28,222 nucleotides of DNA. It comes from Deltaproteobacteria bacterium TL4. Lineage in GTDB: Bacteria; SAR324; NAC60-12. Within the stretch, counting starts at the first letter, position 1; every line of letters starts with the position of its first letter. The stretch covers positions 1 to 28,222 of the forward strand of contig JBBCAX010000158.1 of assembly GCA_051382335.1 (NCBI GenBank), in the 5' to 3' direction. Below the pieces are notes generated by a model. The model was not told the origin of the DNA, ran no database searches, and was given only the letters and a program-made list of their open reading frames with translations. The position numbers and the translations under genes are program-made. This document shows, one piece after another, positions 8,717 through 19,562 of this stretch.

Positions 8717-10294
8717 TTATAATTCAGGTTGCGCAGTGACAGTTTCCGTAGCAGGCAGTGTGAAGGTGAAGACGGTGCCGCCGGAAACCGAGGTTTCATT
8801 TTTTTGCACTTGAATTTCTCCCCCATTTTTTACGACAAATTCTTTACAGAGGACTAACCCCAGGCTGGTACCTTGTTCTCCAGCAGTTCCTTTTTGACTG
8901 TACCGCTCCTCAATTTTGAACAATTTATCAAGGTGTTTTTCGGGAATGCCTACTCCATTATCAGAGACCGAGATCTCAACAAAATTCAGCGTTTGCGGTT
9001 CGTCGTTTTTCGTTTGCGAGGCGGCAATGCGCGGTTTTGCGCCAATAAGGACTTCACCGCCAGGATGGGTAAATTTGATGGCATTGGATACCAAATTTTG
9101 CAGGACGGTGCTCAACATATCATAATCCGTCAACACCACGGTTGCGGCTGGAACCGTATGCGCGAGTTTGATATTTTTACTTTTGGCGTTTTCAGAAAAA
9201 AGGCTGAGGGTCTTTTCAATCACTTCAGTCAAGTCAACTATTTCAGGCCGGCACTCCAGGTGTCCACGGGAAAGACGTGACCATTGGAGCAGATTTTCCA
9301 GGAGTTCCTGGAGTTTAATCGCCGATAAATTGATTCGTGTCGCGAAATCCAGGATTTCTTCTTGAGTAAAGCTGGTGAGGTCTTCGATCAAGAGATCTGT
9401 CATTTTTCGCATGCCGGTCAATGGACCTTTGAGATCATGGGAAATGATCAAGAAAAAGGTATCTTTACTCGAGTTAACTTCACTGAGTTTTTGCCCATAG
9501 TTTTCCAGTTGGACTTCATGCTGTTTGCGTTCTGTGATGTCGCGCAATGTAGCAAGGATGGCTTTTTTCCCTTGCCACTCCGTCTCAGAACTTTTCATTT
9601 CAGCGATTCCCTGCTCTCCATTTTTCCGGTGAATTGTAAGTTCAATGGGTTTTTCCCCAGTTGCGGAAATGGCAAAGGGACTCCCCAGGAGATTTTCCTT
9701 ACTGGTGTTGAGGAGGATTTCTGTCATAGGATTGACAAATTGAATAATCCCCCGTATATCCAGAATCATGAGGCCATCATTGCTCTGATTAACAATAGAG
9801 AAGAAGTTGGCTTTGCTGAGTTCCAAGTCATTTTTTGCCTTTCGCAATTCAGAAGTGCGTTCTTTGACTTTCATCTCCAGGGTCAGATTCATTTGCTGAA
9901 GTTCCTGACGCAGTTTGCGTTGTTCCAGTGCTTTTCTGATTGAAAAAATTAACATTTCCAACGATTGCACGGGTTTCATCAGAAAGTCTGAAATGTGGAA
10001 ATCGTTTAATAGCGCAAACGCTTCATTCAAACTTCCGTGTCCGGTAAGGACGATAACAGCCACATTCCAAGAGCGTTCTTTTAACTCTTTTAGAAGTGTG
10101 ATTCCATCCATCACAGGCATTTTTAAATCCATAATCATCAGATCACAGGGATGAGACTGATATTTCTCCAGCGCATCCTCTCCATTGACAGCACTCTCCA
10201 GTTGATAGGCTGTTTTACGACCTAACGCGCTAAATAAAAGATCACGGAGTGCCGGATCATCATCGACAATCAGGATACGTTCCGGTATATTCAT
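8717..10294 (-). CDS. Hybrid sensor histidine kinase (REC-PAS-HisKA-HATPase)
   Basis: REC ILIVDDD and DLKMP, PAS ending RDITERK, H-box SHDLKGP, N-box NLVSNAIKF, G1 DNGVGI, G2 GTSLGL. No TM segment. Confidence 0.95.
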   Translation of the reverse strand: MNIPERILIVDDDPALRDLLFSALGRKTAYQLESAVNGEDALEKYQSHPCDLMIMDLKMPVMDGITLLKELKERSWNVAVIVLTGHGSLNEAFALLNDFHISDFLMKPVQSLEMLIFSIRKALEQRKLRQELQQMNLTLEMKVKERTSELRKAKNDLELSKANFFSIVNQSNDGLMILDIRGIIQFVNPMTEILLNTSKENLLGSPFAISATGEKPIELTIHRKNGEQGIAEMKSSETEWQGKKAILATLRDITERKQHEVQLENYGQKLSEVNSSKDTFFLIISHDLKGPLTGMRKMTDLLIEDLTSFTQEEILDFATRINLSAIKLQELLENLLQWSRLSRGHLECRPEIVDLTEVIEKTLSLFSENAKSKNIKLAHTVPAATVVLTDYDMLSTVLQNLVSNAIKFTHPGGEVLIGAKPRIAASQTKNDEPQTLNFVEISVSDNGVGIPEKHLDKLFKIEERYSQKGTAGEQGTSLGLVLCKEFVVKNGGEIQVQKNETSVSGGTVFTFTLPATETVTAQPEL

Positions 10295-10463
10295 GGTTAT
10301 TTCCAGTAAGTTTTTGTATGAAATTCAGAAGAGAGTTCTCAAAAAAATAACTTTGTTCTTGCGTTTAATGCATAAATGGCACTAAAAGTATTCAAACGCA
10401 ATTTTTTTCATATATTTCGGCCCCCTTCAATAGCTTGAAAAATTAATTTACGGAGTTTTCAAA

Positions 10464-11507
10464 ATGCGTCACTGGATTCTTATCCTCATGTTGATTCTCA
10501 CTTTTCCCCTGACTTCGGTGTTTGGTGGTGAACCTGAAGAATTGGTTTTACTGACCTGGTCCGAATACATGGACGCGGAATTGGTCAAAAAATTTGAACA
10601 GCAGTTTCAGATCAAGCTCAAAGAGGTCTATTATGAAAGTGATGATGATCGAAACCAGAAGCTGTTGCTCACACAAGGAAAAGGTTATGATTTAGTCCTT
10701 GTTGATGGCACAACCGTGTTGTCCTATACTCAGCGTAACTGGATTGTCCCCATCGATTCCACGCAGGTTCCCAATCTTAAACATATCGATGAAAAATGGC
10801 TCAAACTCCTTCCTCAAATCAAAGCTTACGTTGTTCCCTACTTCTGGGGTACGCTGGGAATTGCTTATCGTCAAGATCTGGTCAAGCATCAAATCAGCAG
10901 TTGGAAAGATCTGTTCCAACCTGCTCCCGAACTGAAAGGGAAAATTTTGATGATCAATGACACACGGGATACGCTCAATGCCGGATTTAAAGCCTTGGGC
11001 TATTCCTTGAATAGCGAGAGTACCGATGAGTTAGCAAAAGTGGAGCAGTTGCTTTTGGCACAAAAACCCTTCGTTAAAGATTACACCTATCTTCAATTAG
11101 GAGAAAACTCGGAGCTGATTTCCGGGGAGATCTGGATGGCCTTGGCTTATAACGGAGATGCCCTGATGTTACAAGAACTGCACCCTCAGATCCAATTTGT
11201 CGTTCCCGAAGAAGGCACCATGTTATGGCAGGACTATCTGGTGGTGATGAGAGCCTCAAAGCATAAAAATAAGGCCTGGGCCTTCATTAATTTTCTCAAT
11301 GAACCTCAAAATGCGGCACAACTTGCATCTACCCTTTACTATGCGAGTCCCAACAAATCGGCGTTAAAATATATTGACAGTGCCATGTTGAAAGATCCTC
11401 GCATTTATCCTGACGACAGTACGCTTTCCAAATCCGAGTTAGTGGCTGAATTGCCTGGTCGTGTGAATAAAAGATGGACTTCCGTATTTGCCAAATTACG
11501 TCAATAA
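10464..11507 (+). CDS. PotD/PotF-family polyamine-binding periplasmic protein, NspS-like
   Basis: Signal peptide, plus TWSEYMD, VPYFWGTLGIAYR, VVPEEG, AWAFINFL and YASPN motifs. It has ESDDDR in place of the PotD ESNE segment. No potABC genes are adjacent. Confidence 0.9.
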   Translation: MRHWILILMLILTFPLTSVFGGEPEELVLLTWSEYMDAELVKKFEQQFQIKLKEVYYESDDDRNQKLLLTQGKGYDLVLVDGTTVLSYTQRNWIVPIDSTQVPNLKHIDEKWLKLLPQIKAYVVPYFWGTLGIAYRQDLVKHQISSWKDLFQPAPELKGKILMINDTRDTLNAGFKALGYSLNSESTDELAKVEQLLLAQKPFVKDYTYLQLGENSELISGEIWMALAYNGDALMLQELHPQIQFVVPEEGTMLWQDYLVVMRASKHKNKAWAFINFLNEPQNAAQLASTLYYASPNKSALKYIDSAMLKDPRIYPDDSTLSKSELVAELPGRVNKRWTSVFAKLRQ

Positions 11508-11513
11508 CCGCGA

Positions 11514-14168
11514 ATGAAATTACGATTCAAAATTCTATTGCTCCTGATTCCTTTAATTGTGATGCCCCTCCTGTTATTAGGCAAGATTGCCTATGACCGT
11601 CTCAAGAAAACTTCGCAACAAACGGCTTTGGAAGATGTACAGTTGATGCTTCAGCAAATGGAATTACGAACGCAGTCGGACTTCAAAACCATTAAAGCCA
11701 ACCTCAGTTTACTTTCAGAATCGAAATACCTCACCACCTATCTGCTCACCAACGATGAAAATACCCGCTACGGTTTGATGCAAAGGCCACTTTTGGAGAT
11801 TTTCGCGAGTTATCACAGGGCTTACCCTGATTATTATGAAATACGGATTCTTCTTCCTGAGGGCTATGAGGATGCACGGTACACTGTTGATCAAATGAAC
11901 AATAGGACTGAAGAAGAACAAAACTCCATTTATTTTCAGGAAATGGTTCAAGCTCAAGAAGATGAATTTAGCACGCCTTATCTGAATCCCGATAATCAGG
12001 AAGTGGCTTTATTTGCGGCCAAGAAATTAATGCTGAAAAATCCCGTTACGGATAGTGCGTTTGCCCCGCCAACGTTGAGGGGATATCTGGCTTTTACCGT
12101 TCGTCTTCAGTTTTTAAAACAACAAATTGAACAAAATCCTATTTTACATAAAAGCTCTTTATTCGCGTTGGATGACAAAGGGAAGGTCCTGTTTCATAAA
12201 TCTGCCGAACTGGGACACGCGGCCTTTTCTGTGGAACTCTTTACGTCCCTGCGGGAAAACATTCGAAACCACACTGTTCTTAAAGCAGAATACGAAGGAG
12301 TTGTTTATTATTTTCAAGGGAAGCAACTCCATCCCAAAATTTTTCTAATTGCGCAACTTCCTGAAAGCGCTCTTTTAGAAGACGGGCACTTGTTAAAGAA
12401 AGTGGTTTTTGTCATTACGTTCTTAAGTATTCTTCTCACCGTCATTTTGAGTTATCTTTCCTTGGATCTAATGATTTTACGGCCTATTAAAAAGCTGGCC
12501 AAAGCCACGCGCGAACTCCGTTCTGGAAATTATCAGGTTCAACTGGAAATCAAGTCCAAGGATGAAATTGGCATGTTGTCACAAGATTTCATACAGATGG
12601 CAAATGATATTCACCAATCCAACAGGCAAATTGAAGGCTATAACCTGCACCTCGAAGAAAAAGTCAAGGAACGTACAGAAGATTTACACAGCGCCTATTT
12701 GGAAATTTCGCACCTGAATCAACTGGCTCAGACCGTCAATGCCACCCTGGATATTGACGCGGTTCTTAAATCGGTGACGGAAGCGCTCCGATCGGTTTTT
12801 CATTTTGATGCGATCAGTATTGTTCTGATCGATGAAAAAAATAAAAATTTGTTTTTCAGGCACATTTACAGTGATGAAATTGCCCCTGATATTATTAAGC
12901 AATATCTACACACACGCATCCCACTTGACGAAGACAGTAGTGCGTTTGCGGATAGTATTCTGAAAAACAATCGAATTTTCATTCCTAAAATCACAGAGGA
13001 ACATCTCAAATTTATGAAACCCTACGATAAAGGAGCTTATGAAGTTATAAAAGCGATTGCCTTTTTGTTTTATCCTTTGAACGTCCAAAATAAAGTCATC
13101 GGCGCGTTATGCTTTGCCAATTTTTATACTCCGTTTACTCTACTGGAACCCGAGCTTGCGACCATAGAACGCTATGTAACACAAATTGCGACGGCGATTA
13201 ACAATGCTCAGGTGTATGAAGATTTAAAACACACAAAGGTTCAATTAGCGGAAACTGAAAAGATTGCGGCCATGACGAAAACCTTTGAACGTTTTGTGCC
13301 TAAACAGTTTCTTGATCGGGTTGCGAAAGAAGGGTTGGGTAATATTCAACTCGGAAAAGCGGAAAGTGATTTTGTGACCATTTTATTTTCAGATATCCGA
13401 GCCTTCACCACGCTTTCTGAAACAATGAATCCCCAGGAATTACTTAATTTTCTGAACGCCTACCTGACACGCATGAACGAAGCCATCCATAACTATGGAG
13501 GCTTTGTCGATAAGTTTATTGGCGATGCCATCATGGCTTTATTTGACGATCCTGGAGGTTCTCACCATCAGTCCGCGCACAATGCGGTTTATGCGGCAAT
13601 TGCCATGCAGAAAACACTCGATATCTACAACAAGCATCGTGCCCAAACAGGCTATCCGCCAATTACCATAGGCATTGGACTCCATAGTGGAATTTCTATC
13701 TTTGGAACCGTAGGGTCCCATGACCGGATGGATACCACCGTTTTAGGCGATACCGTCAACCTGGCCTCTCGTTTGGAATCGGTTACCAAGTATTATAAAT
13801 GTCAAATCGTCGTTTCCTCTCAAACATTCCGTTTATTGGAACATGATGACCATATTTTATGGAGAGAATTGGATTATGTGAGTGTTAAAGGAAAAAAAGA
13901 ACCTGTTTGTATTTTCGAAATTTTTAACACCAATACCGACGAGATCATAGCATTAAAAAAACAAATCCTCTCTCCATATCACGAGGGGTTAATGAATTTT
14001 CACAACCAGGATTGGAACCGGGCCATTCAACTATTCAGAAACTGCCTGGCCATCTTTCCCGATGATCCTGTGTGTCAAATTTATCACCAACGCGCCCTTG
14101 ACTTTCAAACCACCCCACCTCCCACTGATTGGAAGGGAATCTACGCTTTTTCCCATAAAGAATTTTGA
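11514..14168 (+). CDS. Class III adenylate cyclase: TM-periplasmic (Cache-like) sensor-TM-HAMP-GAF-catalytic domain-C-terminal TPR-like tail
   Basis: HAMP (RPIKKL...DEIGMLSQDF), GAF-like region, and catalytic FSDIRAFT, DKFIGDAIMA and MDTTVLGDTVNLASRLE. The Lys/Asp pair indicates ATP specificity. The gene starts 6 bp after the binding-protein stop. Confidence 0.93.
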   Translation: MKLRFKILLLLIPLIVMPLLLLGKIAYDRLKKTSQQTALEDVQLMLQQMELRTQSDFKTIKANLSLLSESKYLTTYLLTNDENTRYGLMQRPLLEIFASYHRAYPDYYEIRILLPEGYEDARYTVDQMNNRTEEEQNSIYFQEMVQAQEDEFSTPYLNPDNQEVALFAAKKLMLKNPVTDSAFAPPTLRGYLAFTVRLQFLKQQIEQNPILHKSSLFALDDKGKVLFHKSAELGHAAFSVELFTSLRENIRNHTVLKAEYEGVVYYFQGKQLHPKIFLIAQLPESALLEDGHLLKKVVFVITFLSILLTVILSYLSLDLMILRPIKKLAKATRELRSGNYQVQLEIKSKDEIGMLSQDFIQMANDIHQSNRQIEGYNLHLEEKVKERTEDLHSAYLEISHLNQLAQTVNATLDIDAVLKSVTEALRSVFHFDAISIVLIDEKNKNLFFRHIYSDEIAPDIIKQYLHTRIPLDEDSSAFADSILKNNRIFIPKITEEHLKFMKPYDKGAYEVIKAIAFLFYPLNVQNKVIGALCFANFYTPFTLLEPELATIERYVTQIATAINNAQVYEDLKHTKVQLAETEKIAAMTKTFERFVPKQFLDRVAKEGLGNIQLGKAESDFVTILFSDIRAFTTLSETMNPQELLNFLNAYLTRMNEAIHNYGGFVDKFIGDAIMALFDDPGGSHHQSAHNAVYAAIAMQKTLDIYNKHRAQTGYPPITIGIGLHSGISIFGTVGSHDRMDTTVLGDTVNLASRLESVTKYYKCQIVVSSQTFRLLEHDDHILWRELDYVSVKGKKEPVCIFEIFNTNTDEIIALKKQILSPYHEGLMNFHNQDWNRAIQLFRNCLAIFPDDPVCQIYHQRALDFQTTPPPTDWKGIYAFSHKEF

Positions 14169-14238
14169 TGAGGCATTCCCCTTTTCAGGGTCATACGTTT
14201 TCGCTTCGAGACAGAACCTCTCTGGAGTGATCCGTTCT

Positions 14239-15653
14239 TCAACATTCAATCAATGTAACACGACGTTTAGCGCGAGTTATGGATACGTACTGAAGACGTC
14301 GGGCATCGTCAACGCTGATCCATCCAGTGTTCCATCCCTTGGGAAGAACCAGAATAACCTCGTCAAACTCCAAGCCTTTTGCGCGATGCATGGTGGCAAT
14401 ACGAATTGTTTTGGAATTGGATTGATCTCGTTCATTTGGGGCAATCACTTTGCATGGGATTGCATTGTTTTTTAATGCAGTTTCAATCGCTCCCCCTGTT
14501 TTTTTTGTTGGTGTAATCACACAGAGGGTGGTAGGTGATTCTTGATCATTAGAAACCGTTTTTGCATGGCTTACCAACCAGGCAAGGGCTTCTTCCAAAT
14601 GGGAGAATTGAAGCAATTCCGGGGAGACTCCGTGTGAAATGGATTTGTAGCGTTTGGACTCGTCGGTGCCATTATCCAAATCATCAATCTCGCAATCTTC
14701 CAAAACGGCTACGGCCTTGGTTCTGATTTCTTCAGTTGTGCGATAGTTCAAATATAGTTTTCGGGATCGCCCCCGAATATCAATACCACAGCTACTCATT
14801 GTAGAACGGTTTCGACTGTAGATTCGTTGATGTCCATCTCCCACAAAGAAAAGGTCATTGGCCCCTTTCGGAACCATTGCTCTCAACAATTTCAGTGCTT
14901 GTGTTCCAAAGTCCTGGGTTTCATCTACGATAATGGAAGAATAACGCGCAGGCAGTCCTTTCAAGAGGGTTATCGCGTCACGGTAAGCATCATCCACTTC
15001 CTTGAGCTTTCGACTGGCTAGTTGAGCCCGGTATTCTTCAAACACTGGCCAGATTGCGTCTCGTTTCGTTCGATTGAGAACCGTTTTGCGCCCAGCCCGC
15101 TTAGCCATCCGGTATTCATCGCCTGTTGTAATCCCTTGCGGAAGTATCACTTGCTCCAGTTCTTCTTGATAAAACTGCTCGGACAAAGTCAGGGAGGTGT
15201 CTTGGATAGCCAACGCGGTTTTCCAGGCGTCTTCTGCGGCTCCTTTCTTTCTGTTATACACGATGGTGTGTTCATAATTGTTGCCGCGTAAAAATGCCTT
15301 CACCCACGCATCGAGATTTTTGATCTCAATATTTTGCATGACTGACTCAGAACATAGGCTTTTCAGATTCTCCTCAATATCAATGGCCAAATTATGGGTA
15401 AAGGTAGTGAAGAAGACCTTCGAATCACCTGTGGTGAAATTTTGTGCTAACCACTTCGCACGATGCATCGCCAGCACGGTTTTACCCGTTCCAGCACCCC
15501 CTGAACTCTCACCGAACCGTTACGATTCCCTGAGGCAAGTTTGCGTTGAGTCGGGTGCAGGAAAATTCGCCACTGAGCAAGTGGGGCATTCAGAATGGCC
15601 ATCATGGTTTCATTATCATCCACCACAACAAAACGGGCCTGGGATTCGGGAGT
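14239..15653 (-). pseudogene. UvrD/SF1 helicase, N-terminally deleted and frameshifted
   Basis: PESQARFVVVDD...WRIFLHPTQRKL is followed by a 1-bp frameshift near 15503 (gtt cag ggg gtg instead of VLGGAGTGKT). ORF 14239..15477 carries VDETQD, GDGHQRIY, LNYRTT, TMHRAKGLEFD and YVSITRA. Confidence 0.88.
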
Positions 15654-16046
15654 TTGAAATATATTGAACAACCAAAGCCAGCGACGCCATGCCAAATGAT
15701 TTGCGGATTCATCATGAGCGTGGGTCTCATCATAGACAATAAAACCTGGGCTGTATTCTGGGAGTGATGTTTTATCAATGAGGGTTGCAGGCCACCAGTA
15801 TCGAACCAAAGTTGCTTGGGTTGCTGTTGAGGTATTGCCGCAAGTCGTACTTTTTTTGGGTTTTATTTTTTGAAAATCCGGCCTTTCAGACCAAAATTGT
15901 TCCAAGGCTGTCCGGGCGGAAATCAGGGTAGGATCCGTGGGATGCGGCACCATCTGAAAAGCCAAAGCACCTGCTGAACGACATATTTTGAGGGCATGGG
16001 CATCGGTTGTAGAGCCTGGAGGTTTTCCCAGCCATTCAATCAACAG
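15651..16046 (-). pseudogene. C-terminal fragment of the large YprA-like helicase, fused in frame to the UvrD remnant
   Basis: LLIEWL...AWRRWLWLFNIFQT resembles the C-terminus of this large helicase family (recalled, not searched). It runs directly into UvrD-like PESQARF. Confidence 0.6.
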
Positions 16047-17416
16047 TGTTTACAGAGTTTAAAACCCGGGCGTTGTTTCTCTAGATCGGCGACTTTGTAT
16101 GCCTCACCGAATTTGGCGGACTCTCCAAAATTGACATCCCGGAATTGGGCTTGCGCAATAAATTCAAAACCGAAGGGCAAATCATCTGCCTTCAGACGAT
16201 ACGCCTCAAGAATGCTCGACTGTTCAAAATCGACTAATAACTGACGCACATAAAACTTGGGTTCACGATCTTCCGCGCTATCATCAATGCGTGCGTCGAC
16301 CTCGTTACTGTTGGCAATCGCCTGTTTGAAACGCAGTAACTGCCGCCGCTAGGAGATATTCGACCACATCGGGTCACCGCAACGAGGGCAGGAGGAATGG
16401 CTGTCAGCTTCAATGGTCAGGTTCTCCATGTAAGGGCAGGAGGGACACAACCGCCACGATTCCAGTTTTGACAAGTTCAAATTGATCTGATCGATCTCGA
16501 CACGATGCTGATTGGCATAAAACACATTTTCCGGGGCAAATTCCGACAGTGCCGAATTGGCGGGTCGTTCATACCTCTCAGTCGGCAAGGAGACATAAGC
16601 CTTGCTGCCAGGATCATCATTGCCGCGTTTTCTCCAGAGAAGTGATTTAAGCTCAATTCCGGCTTCAGGGAAAGCGTAGTTTGGAATGAGTCCGGCATCA
16701 GTTAAGGTATTGAGCAACTCCCTCTGGTTAATTTCCTTGACCAGCTCCATTGCTTTTTGGCGTTCGCAATCAAGTTGATCGATCTCAGCGACAATGGCTT
16801 GGTCTTTGGGTTTAGCCTTCAGCCCTTTGATTTGAGTTTTAATGAGATCCGCTCGTTTTTTATGGACTTGCCGTTCGTTCACCAGTTCTTCGAGCATCTT
16901 GATCAAGCGCAGAGACAAGCTGTCGTCAGTTGTTGTCCCATGCATAAACGCGGTGAGCCGCGATTCCACTCGATCATCAAGATCACTTCCCAGGAGGATC
17001 AGAAAATCGGCCAGTAACTTGGCTCTTTTTTGATCGACATAGGAGAGGAACGTATAGGGAAATTTTGTTTGATCCAGGCAGTCACGAGCGTCGAGCGCTT
17101 CCTTTGTTTTTTCCGGAAGAGCGGTATCCGGGACGCCGGAACTCACCCAGTTATCGAGGCAGAACGCGAACAACTGGCGGCGCAGGACTTCGGCTGCTTT
17201 GAGGAATATTCCTGGCGGAGTCACCTCCCCTGAGATCATCTCCTGAGTGTCTTCAAAAAAGTAGAGATCATGCGGGCTGTTGCCATCGGCCAGTATGGTA
17301 GCCAAAGCGTTTCCGTCTCGTCTTCCCGCGCGGCCGATACGCTGCAAATAACTGGCTTGATTGGGGGGGACTGAGCAGAGCAGAACCGAAGACATTGCGC
17401 CAATGTCTACTCCCAT
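16040..17416 (-). pseudogene. Central fragment of YprA/DrmB-like DEAD/DEAH helicase (HelicC and Zn ribbon) with in-frame TAG
   Basis: Motif V EMGVDIG, motif VI QRIGRAGRR, GLIPNYAFPE, CPSC/CPRC. The TAG at 16349-16351 is followed in frame by RRQLLRFKQAIANSNEVDARIDDSAEDREPKFYVRQLL, joining ORF 16040..16249. Confidence 0.87.
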
Positions 17417-17417
17417 T

Positions 17418-19502
17418 TCAACGCTCTACAGGCATCTTGAGTGGAGAGTCTTTCTCAAACCAACTCTGCTCGACACGTTCCAGAAATTCCGGCCAGGGAC
17501 AAGAGGGCTTGGCCGTTAGATCAATGATCCGGGCTAATCCTGTTCTGACTGTATTGCCGTAAGTCCGTGCAGAAAAAAAACCGGCTCGATGGGCGGCATC
17601 CTGGACTGAATCTGAAAAAGCGATCAGTTTCTTGTCATCATTATAAAGACTGGACCAGGTATGTTCGATGGCGACCGCTCCCAGCGTCGCGTTGCGGGCA
17701 CCTAATAAAATCTGCCGGTCGCGACTGCCACAAGCAGGGCAAATTCGATTGTGCCAGGTATGAGTCACCCCGGTTGTTGAGGTGCTGGTGCTCGTGGCCG
17801 TCACATAAAAAACCGCGACCAGTTCTTTATGTCCACAGCTCAAACACGGAACATTGTCGCTTTGCAAGCTCCCGCAACTTGGACACAGACTCCTGGGAAT
17901 CCCCTCACAGAGAGGGTGGCTAGCCAGAGGCGCGTACAAGCGTGCGACCTCCGGTTGACTGGCAAACCAGGCGTTGTAAATCTCGTCAAGTTCGCTTCTC
18001 ACCATATTCTGCCCCTCAAGAACACAGCCCAACCAACCGGTCGTGTGGCAGTCCGTACACTGAATCAACGGGAGAGACAGATGGTCTTGTCTTGCTTTCA
18101 AATCTCTACTGGCTCTCAATTCGATCTGGTTTGGATGAGCACTCACATTGGTGACCATGCGGCGCAATTCCCGCATCCACAACTGGATTTTCAAGGTGAC
18201 CAAGGGTCGATTCGGGACGACCGGGTCCCGGGCCCAGGCAATCAGGGACAGCAGCGCGTCCAAGACCTCGCGAAGGTGCTGCCTTGCGGATTCCGGCAGT
18301 GGCCCTCGCAATTGCTGCTGCAAGTCCGCCATGGCTACTATTTTTCCTTGCATGATCTTCAGCAAATTATGGAACAACAGGTGCTGTTTCAAATGCCCGC
18401 CAAGTTCAGCCCGCCAGGTTAATGCCTCAACATTTTCTGGTGCCTTCAGACCAGGAAAAAATAACTCAAACCATGCGGCTAAAGCGTCATTCTGAGTGGC
18501 ATAGCGTCCGATGTCTAATTTTTCAGCAAAGTCAGAACGTGGGTGCAAAACGTGCTCAATGGCGCTGCTGCCCAGGAATTCAAATTCGGATAGGCGTTTT
18601 TCCGTAATGACGGATTCCGGAGGAAAAGGGACACCAAACACTTGTCGGGCATATTCGCGTAATGGCTCAGAATTCGTGCCGCCGCCCAGTGTCGCGGAGG
18701 TCCCAGCGCAGATCAGATGATCTTTGGGGGTTTGCAGTCGTGCCCTTAACCGACGCAGTAACAGAGCCAAATCGGTCCCTTGAGCGCCATCGAACGTATG
18801 CAATTCATCCACAATCACATAGCGCAAGGTGGTGGGGGCGTTGTTGTCCCACAAGTGCCGGTCTTTGGGACGGATCAGCAGGTAATCCAGCATTTTGTAG
18901 TTGGTGAGCAAAACATCCGGCGGACTTTTGCGCAAGGTGTCACGGTCTGTGATGACGCTGTTTGCTGTCATCACCATGCCTCCTCCGGTCTTCCCTTTCT
19001 GCCCGCCGATGAACAACCCGACTCGCAAACCATTAAACGCCGGAGTTTTGGCAATCACCTGAGCAAATCGCAGGGCCTGATCATTGGCCAGCGCATTCAT
19101 CGGGTAGATCACCAAGGCTTTGATGCCTGCTTGCCCCTCACCGAGTGCACGAGCGCAGTGCTCCAGTACCGGATAAAGGAAACACTCGGTTTTACCACTG
19201 CCGGTGCCGGTCGCTACCAGCGTATTGGCGGCTTCATGGTCACTGGAAAGCCGTTGCCACGCGGCTTCCTGATGGGTAAACCCAGGGTGTTCTGTCTCGA
19301 AATGAGCAAAGAATTTATTGCCGGCTTGCCCCTCACGAAAAGGCAAACCCACCTGCACATACGGCCCCTTCAACCAGCGGCTTTCATCCTCGGTAAAGCG
19401 CCGCATGATGCCTGAGAACAGCGGATCCGACGGTTCAAAACCCGTGATTAGAAACTGTTTCAAGCCTTGTTGAATTTCATGAGCCAACAGTGAAGGTAAC
19501 AT
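17418..19502 (-). pseudogene. N-terminal fragment of YprA/DrmB-like DEAD/DEAH-box helicase
   Basis: Motifs HQ, TGTGSGKTE, YPMNALANDQ, LLTNYKMLDYLL, DELH, TSAT, several CxxC pairs and FSDSVQDAAHRAGFF. The ORF stops abruptly at PVER*, out of frame with the next fragment. Confidence 0.88.
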
Positions 19503-19562
19503 AAAATACACTTTTCATTATTCTTTTTTGGAACGCAAGAACCTGAACCACTCTGGTTTGTT

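Noticed and set aside
10377..10393. Sigma54 promoter (TGGCAC)
   Set aside because: The -12 TTGC element is absent at the required spacing (TGGCACTAAAAGTATT).
2140..14168. Pycsar/CBASS-type cyclase defence system (cyclase plus cNMP effector)
   Set aside because: Both cyclases are membrane sensory types with ATP-specifying residues. The cNMP protein has no TIR or TM effector domain and lies in a separate phosphorelay operon.
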